From an uncultured bacterium (GTDB lineage: Bacteria; Patescibacteriota; Patescibacteriia; JAXHNJ01), in the NCBI GenBank assembly GCA_965370265.1, contig CBDUSL010000002.1:1-41439 (forward strand): 41,439 nucleotides of DNA. The letters are read 5' to 3'. The notes beneath the pieces were generated by a model. That model ran no database searches and had not been told where the DNA came from. It worked only from the letters and a program-made list of their open reading frames with translations. Position 1 is the stretch's first letter, and every line of letters starts with the position of its first letter. This document shows positions 8,386-13,940 of this stretch, one piece after another. The position numbers and the translations under genes were made by a program.

Positions 8386-9489
8386 ATGGATTATCAATTT
8401 TACATTTACGCTTTTCTGGCCGCTCTTATTTTTTCCGTATTTTTTACTTTTTTAGCCAGAAAAATTGCCTTAAAAAAACAGATAGTTGACCGTCCGGAAG
8501 AAGATCTGGGCAGAAAAATTCAAACAAAAGCAATTCCTTTGCTCGGCGGTCTAGCTGTTTTTTCCGCTTTTTTCATTACTGTTCTGATATTTAAAAACCA
8601 AATTATAAGTGATTATATTTTGCCGAAATATCTCTGGGGGATTTTTATCGGCTCCTCTCTTCTTATGTTGGGCGGTTTTTTAGATGATCGCTATAAACTC
8701 AAAGCCAAGTTTCAAATTATCTGGCCTTTTTTAGCTGTTTTGGCTGCAATTGTGGTTGGGATTGGTGTTAAATATATAACCAATCCTTTTGGTGATGTTA
8801 TTTGGCTGGATAAAATTCAGTTTGATGTAATTTCCTTTGGCCAAACGGCTTATCAGATCATTCTGCTGGCCGATATTTTTGCTTTTATTTGGCTGATAGG
8901 AATGATGTATACGACTAAATTTTTAGACGGTCTAGACGGTCTTCTTTCCGGAATCACTGTTATTGGCTCGGCCGTAATCTTTTTTATGAGTCTTAGCCAG
9001 GATGTTTCCCAACCGGCCACAGCCTTAATCTGCTCAATTTTAGCCGGTTCGGCTCTCGGCTTTTTAATTTTTAACTGGCACCCGGCCAAAATATTTCTGG
9101 GGGAAGGGGGCAGTCTTTTCTGCGGCTTTATGCTTGGCATTTTAGCGATTATCTCCGGCGGAAAAATCGCCACTGCTTTATTAATAATGGGTATCCCTAT
9201 CTTGGATGTTATCTGGGTAATTATCAGGCGGCTTTTTTTACAAAAAGGGAAAGTGGCCACCGCTGACCGGAAGCATCTTCATTTTCGGCTTTTGGATGTC
9301 GGTTTTTCTCATCGGGGAGCAGTAATATTTCTATACATATTAACCATTATTTTCGGTTCAACAACCCTGTTTTTTAAAGGTTTTGAAAAACTTATCAGTC
9401 TGGTGGTGCTGGCTTTCGTTATGCTGATTTTGGGGATAGTATTAGTTTTAATGTATAAAAAAAAGAGGTCTGACTGGCAGACCTCATAG
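8386..9489 (+). CDS. glycosyltransferase family 4 (MraY/WecA superfamily), WecA/TagO-like polyprenyl-phosphate HexNAc-1-P transferase
   Basis: Multi-pass membrane protein with ..IPLLGGLAVF.., LGGFLDDRYKL, TKFLDGLDGLLSG, FLGEGGSLFCGF and ADRKHLHFRLL. It lacks the MraY-type HHHFE motif. Confidence 0.85.
   Translation: MDYQFYIYAFLAALIFSVFFTFLARKIALKKQIVDRPEEDLGRKIQTKAIPLLGGLAVFSAFFITVLIFKNQIISDYILPKYLWGIFIGSSLLMLGGFLDDRYKLKAKFQIIWPFLAVLAAIVVGIGVKYITNPFGDVIWLDKIQFDVISFGQTAYQIILLADIFAFIWLIGMMYTTKFLDGLDGLLSGITVIGSAVIFFMSLSQDVSQPATALICSILAGSALGFLIFNWHPAKIFLGEGGSLFCGFMLGILAIISGGKIATALLIMGIPILDVIWVIIRRLFLQKGKVATADRKHLHFRLLDVGFSHRGAVIFLYILTIIFGSTTLFFKGFEKLISLVVLAFVMLILGIVLVLMYKKKRSDWQTS
9457..9485 (-). 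terminator. intrinsic terminator for the minus-strand orphan transcript
   Basis: On the minus strand: GAGGTCTG-CCAGT-CAGACCTC followed by T8 (complement of the A8 at 9457-9464). It is embedded in the last codons of the + strand GT4 gene. Confidence 0.65.
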
Positions 9490-9502
9490 GTACTGTTCTT
9501 TA

Positions 9503-9784
9503 TTATCCTCTTTTCTTAAGGAGGTTCTGATGCATCATGTGAATGTTGGGAAAACTTCCCATTCCGATCTCGGTAGCCTGTTCTTCGGCCTCTTCCCGGC
9601 TGCACTGACAGGGAGCAGGAGACTTTGTTCTTCCCGAACATCCATTACCGTAGATCTGAAAGCCTCCGCACATTTCGCATATTTCCTCTTCGGTCGCAAC
9701 AATCTTACCCATATCGAGTAAGGCACTGCTTACCTTTTTGGCATTTCTATGTCTTGCCGCATGAATTCCACTTTTCGAAGACAA
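9503..9784 (-). CDS. orphan Cys-rich small protein (93 aa from TTG 9784; alternative ATG start at 9712 gives 69 aa)
   Basis: - The minus frame is open across a locally GC-richer island.
- Purine- and G-rich first codon positions, with GAA/GGA usage like the rest of the genome.
- AAAGGGGA lies 6 nt before TTG 9784.
- Own promoter and terminator.
- Cys pattern CEMCGG-x8-C-x9-CQC.
- No family recognised. Confidence 0.45.
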   Translation of the reverse strand: MSSKSGIHAARHRNAKKVSSALLDMGKIVATEEEICEMCGGFQIYGNGCSGRTKSPAPCQCSREEAEEQATEIGMGSFPNIHMMHQNLLKKRG

Positions 9785-9865
9785 TGGCGATCCCCTTTCT
9801 TGCCCAACAAGTATATACAGGAGATGTTTTTCTAAGGTGCTTTTCTGCTTAAATTGTAACAAATA

Positions 9866-9894
9866 AATATAGCTTATAAAAGAATTTTTGTCAA
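9866..9894 (-). promoter_or_regulatory. near-consensus sigma70-type promoter (minus strand)
   Basis: Minus strand: TTGACA (9894-9889), 17 nt spacer, TATATT (9871-9866). Confidence 0.6.
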
Positions 9895-9993
9895 GCCTTC
9901 GCCCCTTCGGAGCTTCGGCTTGCAGGCAAGCCTTCCCGCCTTCATTTTATTACGGCGGACAAGCTACTCCGCATTTAAGTATAATGGGCGGAG
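9892..9993. repeat. cluster of GC-rich hairpin modules (repeat family, copy A)
   Basis: - CAAGCC-TTC-GCCCC..GGAGC-TTC-GGCTTG (9892-9922).
- GGCTTG-CAGG-CAAGCC (9917-9932).
- CCGCC..GGCGG (9936-9958).
- CTCCGC..GCGGAG (9967-9993).
- The arms 9889-9902 and 9909-9922 are identical to 38151-38164 and 38180-38193. Confidence 0.6.
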
Positions 9994-10028
9994 TTTACAG
10001 GCAAGTTATTAAAAATTAAAAAATAAAT

Positions 10029-10511
10029 ATGAAATTAATAATATTAATAATTTTCGCCATTTTTTTCGGGACTATATTTTGGGCCATCGGCGGTCATGAA
10101 ATACAAGAAGAGATTCCTTTTTATTGGCAAAAAATTATCGGAAAAACAGTTACCGTAGAAATAAACGGCCATAAAATTCAGGCAGAAATAGCCAAAACAT
10201 CTTCCGAAAAACAAAAAGGTCTTTCGAACAGAGAAAAGATGGAAAGAGATAGGGGTATGATATTTGTCAATGAAAAAGAAGGAATGTATTCATTTTGGAT
10301 GAAAGAGGTTAATTTTCCCTTGGATATTATCTGGATAAAAGGTAATGAAATAGTTGGTATTACCGAAAGAGCGGCTATTGAACCAGGGCCTGAATATAAA
10401 AATTATTTGCCGCCTGAACCAGTGGATAAAATTTTGGAAGTATCCGGGGGTTGGGTTTTTCGTCACGGAGTGGAAATCGGCCAAAAAGTAAAATTTTCCA
10501 AGGAATTATAA
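10029..10511 (+). CDS. DUF192-family protein with N-terminal membrane anchor
   Basis: ..KGLSNREKM..RGMIFVN..FWMKEVNFPLDIIWIKGNEIVGI.. is the DUF192 (COG1430) signature. Confidence 0.8.
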   Translation: MKLIILIIFAIFFGTIFWAIGGHEIQEEIPFYWQKIIGKTVTVEINGHKIQAEIAKTSSEKQKGLSNREKMERDRGMIFVNEKEGMYSFWMKEVNFPLDIIWIKGNEIVGITERAAIEPGPEYKNYLPPEPVDKILEVSGGWVFRHGVEIGQKVKFSKEL

Positions 10512-10518
10512 GCTCTTG

Positions 10519-10549
10519 ACCTGCCTTTGCCTTTCAGGCTTCGGCAGGT
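10519..10549. repeat. GC-rich hairpin (ACCTGCC..GGCAGGT), possible family member or terminator
   Basis: 7 bp stem with loop ..CAGGCTTCGGC.., which resembles the family core. No T-run follows. Confidence 0.4.
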
Positions 10550-10601
10550 AAACTCAAATTAAACTCATTTAGTTATATTTTTGAAGTAAAGCATCTTCTT
10601 C

Positions 10602-10630
10602 TTGACTAAATAATATATATGCGGTATTAT
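10602..10630 (+). promoter_or_regulatory. sigma70-type promoter upstream of rplU
   Basis: TTGACT (10602-10607), 17 nt spacer, TATTAT (10625-10630). Confidence 0.5.
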
Positions 10631-10658
10631 ATTACTTATTAATAATTATTAAAAAAAT

Positions 10659-10970
10659 ATGATTGCTATAATAAAGACCGGCGGAAAACAATACAAAGTA
10701 AAAAAGGGCGATAAGCTTAAGGTTGAGAAACTAAACAAAAAAGAAGGGTCGGAAATAACGCTGAATGAAGTCCTGCTTATCTCTGAGGCCAAGAAAACCG
10801 AAATCGGCCAGCCAAAAGTAAAAAATGCCAAAGTAACTGCTAAAATTTTAAAACAAGGAAAAGCCAAAAAGATAGAGGTAATTAAGTATAAAAACAAGAC
10901 TCGTTACCGCAAAAAAATCGGCCATAGGCAGAATTACACGGAACTGGAAATTATCGCGATAACCGCTTAA
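10659..10970 (+). CDS. rplU: 50S ribosomal protein L21
   Basis: MIAIIKTGGKQYKVKKGDKLKVEKL..KVTAKILKQGKAKKIEVIKYKNKTRYRKKIGHRQNYTELEI matches L21. No L27 gene follows. Confidence 0.93.
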   Translation: MIAIIKTGGKQYKVKKGDKLKVEKLNKKEGSEITLNEVLLISEAKKTEIGQPKVKNAKVTAKILKQGKAKKIEVIKYKNKTRYRKKIGHRQNYTELEIIAITA

Positions 10971-10987
10971 ATTTTATAACAAAAAAA

Positions 10988-11021
10988 ACGGAACTAAATA
11001 CAGCATGAGTTTCGTTTTTTT
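10988..11021. terminator. bidirectional intrinsic terminator between rplU (+) and recR (-)
   Basis: A8-ACGGAACT..AGTTTCGT-T7: a hairpin flanked by A-run and T-run. Confidence 0.6.
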
Positions 11022-11024
11022 ATA

Positions 11025-11624
11025 TTAGACTTTCTTTCTTTCTTTGAGAGCGCTCGATAAAGTTACTTCGTCCGCGTATTCAAGTTCAGTGCCCATAGCC
11101 AGACCTCTGGCCAGCTTAGTTATTTTGAGGGAAAAGGGAGAGAGAAGTTTTTTTATATGGAGAGAGGTTGATTCTCCTTCAATATCGGGATTTAAAGCGA
11201 GAATAATTTCTTTTATCCCGTCTTTTTTTACCCTCTCAAGAAGCGGGTTAATTTTTAATTTATCCGGAGTAACACCTTCAACAGGTTTTAGGAGGCCGTG
11301 AAGAACATGGTAGAGGCCGTTATATTCACCGGTTTTTTCGATGGAAATTACATCCTGGGGTTCTGCGACCACACAAATAGTTTTTTGATCGCGGCTTTTA
11401 GAACTGCAAAGGGAACAGGGATCGTTTTCTGAAAAATTTTGACACGCTTGGCATATTTTAATTTTATCCTTTAGATGTTCAATTGCAAGCCCAAGCTTTT
11501 CCAGTTCTTGTTTGGGTTGCTTAAGAAGATAAAAAACAAAACGCTCCGAAGTTTTCCCGCCAATTCCCGGAAGTTTGTTAAACTCAATTATAAGTTTTTC
11601 GATTGCTTCTGAATATTTGGGCAT
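11025..11624 (-). CDS. recR: recombination protein RecR
   Basis: ..LIIEFNKLPGIGGKTSERFVFYLL.., zinc finger CQACQNFSENDPCSLC, and Toprim ..VVAEPQDVISIE.. Confidence 0.95.
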   Translation of the reverse strand: MPKYSEAIEKLIIEFNKLPGIGGKTSERFVFYLLKQPKQELEKLGLAIEHLKDKIKICQACQNFSENDPCSLCSSKSRDQKTICVVAEPQDVISIEKTGEYNGLYHVLHGLLKPVEGVTPDKLKINPLLERVKKDGIKEIILALNPDIEGESTSLHIKKLLSPFSLKITKLARGLAMGTELEYADEVTLSSALKERKKV

Positions 11625-11627
11625 TTT

Positions 11628-11930
11628 TTACATTCCCGGCATATTAAAACCGCCCATACCTCCCATTCCCTGCATTCGGCGAGCCGCGGCCATCTGGGCT
11701 TTTTTAACAGTTTCGTTGAAACATTCTTTCAAGCCTTTTTCCAGTTCTTCTTTTTTATCGTTATCAAGGAGTTCCGGTTCAATATCGATACTTACAATTT
11801 TCTGGTTTCCGTCCATAACCATATTGATTTTGTGGTGCCAGTCACCGTTAACAGTCTCCTGGCCCAATTCATCCTGCAGTCTTTTAGCCTGATCTCTTAA
11901 TTCTTTAATCTGTTTAAGTTTGCTGAACAT
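11628..11930 (-). CDS. ybaB: YbaB/EbfC nucleoid-associated protein
   Basis: ..LKQIKELRDQAKRLQDEL..V.MDGNQKIVSIDIEPELL..D..ELE..L....N.....A matches YbaB, with an MGGMGG tail. Placed upstream of recR as usual. Confidence 0.9.
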   Translation of the reverse strand: MFSKLKQIKELRDQAKRLQDELGQETVNGDWHHKINMVMDGNQKIVSIDIEPELLDNDKKEELEKGLKECFNETVKKAQMAAARRMQGMGGMGGFNMPGM

Positions 11931-12026
11931 AAATAAGTAAGTTAATTATTAACACGTTTTTAAATTATATCATAATAAAAGTATAAAAAAAAGAGAATTA
12001 CACGTCCTCATTTTTAAAAAAGTTAA

Positions 12027-13409
12027 TTAAAACGGCGCTTCTTCTAAGTGTCTTTCCAGGTTTTTAAAGGAAACGCGGCCTTCGTCAAAGAATAATTCTA
12101 CTTGGCCCGTAGGTCCGTTTCTGTGTTTGGAGATTAGAATTTCTGCAATGCCTTTTTTATCTGTATCTTTTTTATACATATCTTCACGATAAATAAACAT
12201 AACCACATCAGCATCTTGCTCAATGGAACCTGACTCACGCAAGTCTGATAGTTTAGGAATAGGCGGAGTTCTTGCTTCAGTAGCTCGGGAAAGTTGAGAA
12301 AGACAAAGAACGGGAACATTAAGCTCCTTGGCAATACCTTTTAAGCCTCTGGTAATTTCTGCCACTTGTTGAACCCGGCTTTCTGCTGCTGTTCGGCCTT
12401 CCATTAGTTGAAGATAATCAATAACCAAAAGCCCAAGGCCATGTTCAGTTTGAAGACGCCTTGCCTTAGTTCTTATCTCCATGACGGAAGTGATAGAAGA
12501 GTCATCAATAAAAAGAGGAGCTTCGGCCAAAACGCCCATAGCATGTCCGATTCTGGGAAAATCATCATCTTCATCACTTTCCGAGAGTTTTCCGGTTCTG
12601 AGTTTCCAAAGATCAACCCCTGCTTCCGCACAAAGCATGCGATCGACCAGTTGCTCTTTTGACATTTCCAAAGAAAAGAAACCAACCGGTATTTTCGCTT
12701 TGCAAGCGACTTGCCTGGCTATATCAAGAGCAAGAGATGTTTTACCGAGAGAAGGCCTGGCCGCTAAGACAACCAAATCGCTTTTTTGAAGGCCAGCTAG
12801 TATATTATCCAGGTCTTTAAAGCCGGTGGGAATCCCGCGGAGTTTCCCTTTTTCTTTGTGAAGTTCGTCAATCCGGTCAAAGGCTTCCGTAAGAACATTT
12901 TTAATAGGGATGAACATGTGACGGAGGTGTTTTTGGGAGACATTAAATACAGCTTGTTCTGCCCGGTCTAAAACTTCATCAATTTCTTCAGTTTCAGCAA
13001 AGCCAAGTTTAGCAATTTCAGAAGAAACACTAATTAATCTCCTTAAAGTCGATTTTTTCTGGACTATATTGGCATAATTAACAACATTAGAAGCTGTTGG
13101 TACTTTGTTAGCTAGGTCGGCTAAGTAACCCTGACCGCCGATTGTTTTGAGTTGTTTTTTTTCTTTAAGTTTATTAGAAAGAGAAAGAATATCAATCGGT
13201 TCGCGTTTTTCATAAATTGCCAGCATTGCTTCAAAAATCATTTTATGAGTGTCTTTGTAAAAGTCATCCGGTTTAACAAGATCAGCAATTTTTACGATGG
13301 CGTCTTTATCAATCAGAAGAGAACCCAAAACAGATTGTTCTGCCTCATTATTTTGAGGGGGAATCTTGCCGATCTGGATCATTTCTTCTTTATTTTTTTC
13401 TTCAGCCAT
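12027..13409 (-). CDS. dnaB: replicative DNA helicase DnaB
   Basis: ..PPQNNEAEQSVLGSLL.., Walker A ARPSLGKTS, ..LVIDYLQLM.., ..LSQLSR..E.R.....LSDLRESGSIEQDADVV. Confidence 0.96.
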   Translation of the reverse strand: MAEEKNKEEMIQIGKIPPQNNEAEQSVLGSLLIDKDAIVKIADLVKPDDFYKDTHKMIFEAMLAIYEKREPIDILSLSNKLKEKKQLKTIGGQGYLADLANKVPTASNVVNYANIVQKKSTLRRLISVSSEIAKLGFAETEEIDEVLDRAEQAVFNVSQKHLRHMFIPIKNVLTEAFDRIDELHKEKGKLRGIPTGFKDLDNILAGLQKSDLVVLAARPSLGKTSLALDIARQVACKAKIPVGFFSLEMSKEQLVDRMLCAEAGVDLWKLRTGKLSESDEDDDFPRIGHAMGVLAEAPLFIDDSSITSVMEIRTKARRLQTEHGLGLLVIDYLQLMEGRTAAESRVQQVAEITRGLKGIAKELNVPVLCLSQLSRATEARTPPIPKLSDLRESGSIEQDADVVMFIYREDMYKKDTDKKGIAEILISKHRNGPTGQVELFFDEGRVSFKNLERHLEEAPF

Positions 13410-13434
13410 TTATTTGTCCGTTTTAAGTCTAATA

Positions 13435-13463
13435 ATCTTATCAGATTGCGCAGTACTTGCCAA
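13435..13463 (-). promoter_or_regulatory. candidate promoter for dnaB
   Basis: Minus strand: TTGGCA, 17 nt spacer, TAAGAT. Confidence 0.35.
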
Positions 13464-13514
13464 GACTCTTTTTAACACCATTTTCCCTTTCTTTTCCACA
13501 AAATTGGGTATATC

Positions 13515-13543
13515 TTGATAAAATTAGGCTAATATGCTATTAT
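13515..13543 (+). promoter_or_regulatory. sigma70-type promoter positioned for the tRNA-Lys fragment / tRNA-Lys transcript
   Basis: TTGATA (13515-13520), 17 nt spacer, TATTAT (13538-13543). GGGCGC.. begins 12 nt after the -10. Confidence 0.5.
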
Positions 13544-13555
13544 ACTCAAAGTTAT

Positions 13556-13623
13556 GGGCGCATAGTCCCGACCCGTAGGGTCGAGGATCCACGTCCCCGC
13601 TTAAGCGGGGACGGGACTCAGTT
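13556..13623 (+). pseudogene. duplicated 5' fragment of tRNA-Lys (17 nt) split by a 51-nt GC-rich palindromic insert
   Basis: - GGGCGCATAG (13556-13565) plus CTCAGTT (13617-13623) equals nt 1-17 of the intact tRNA at 13682-13698.
- The insert is 13566-13616.
- With the flanking AG/CT it forms the stem AGTCCCG..CGGGACT.
- That stem encloses ACCC-GTA-GGGT and the 20-nt palindrome GTCCCCGCTTAAGCGGGGAC. Confidence 0.55.
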
Positions 13624-13681
13624 CTTATCAAAATAAAATTGTTAGAAAAAACTATAATATTAGACGTAATATTATCTCTAC

Positions 13682-13758
13682 GGGCGCATAGCTCAGTTGG
13701 TTAGAGCACCTGCCTTTTAAGCAGGGTGTCGGGGGTTCGAGTCCCTCTGCGCTCACCA
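13682..13758 (+). tRNA. tRNA-Lys (anticodon UUU), CCA encoded
   Basis: The cloverleaf folds by hand:
- Acceptor GGGCGCA/TGCGCTC.
- D stem GCTC/GAGC.
- Anticodon stem CCTGC/GCAGG with loop CTTTTAA.
- T arm GGGGG-TTCGAGT-CCCTC, then ACCA. Confidence 0.95.
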
Positions 13759-13790
13759 AAAACAGACAAGTAAATTCTTGCCTGTTTTTG
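13759..13790 (+). terminator. hairpin plus T-run after tRNA-Lys
   Basis: AAAACAGACAAG-TAAATT-CTTGCCTGTTTTTG (one mismatch in the stem). Confidence 0.5.
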
Positions 13791-13890
13791 TTACTATGCA
13801 ATTTGAAATAAATTGCTTTAATTTGTTTTACAAACAGAAAGTTGATATTAAAATTTTGTTTATAATCTTATCTGGAGTCCTTAAGAGCTA

Positions 13891-13917
13891 ACCCCGAATT
13901 CATTTCGGGGTTTTTTT
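13891..13917 (+). terminator. strong intrinsic terminator immediately upstream of the P-type ATPase ORF
   Basis: ACCCCGAA-TTCAT-TTCGGGGT followed by T7. TATAAT lies at 13861-13866, 25 nt upstream. Confidence 0.65.
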
Positions 13918-13940
13918 ATTTTATGGTAAAATATACTAAT

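Noticed and set aside
9530-9721. The + strand 63-aa ORF preceded by a perfect AAGGAGG 5 nt upstream of its ATG.
   Set aside because: - Its codon usage is atypical for this genome (TTC six times, no TTT; many CTC and CTG codons).
- Its peptide is not protein-like.
- The signal is better explained as the mirror image of GAA/GAG-rich coding on the minus strand.
- The SD-like string is the complement of the ..NLLK codons.
- It is kept only as an alternative under the 9457-9894 finding.
9455-9860. Could the roughly 400-nt GC-richer promoter-to-terminator unit be RNase P RNA, tmRNA or SRP RNA?
   Set aside because: - I found no GAGGAAAGUCC / ACAGAA.CCGGCUUA P4 pair.
- There is no tRNA-like GGUUCGA..CCACCA end or tag ORF.
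- There is no GGUCCGGAAGGAAGCAGC-type SRP helix 8.
- Partial look-alikes (AAAGUCUCC, CAGAACCUCC) cannot pair with each other.
- A covariance-model scan is still needed to exclude other RNA classes.
13556-13698. The tRNA-Lys fragment considered as an att site left by an integrated element.
   Set aside because: Integrative elements normally duplicate the 3' part of a tRNA gene and bring an integrase. Here the 5' end is duplicated, only 58 nt of AT-rich DNA lies between the copies, and no integrase gene is present.
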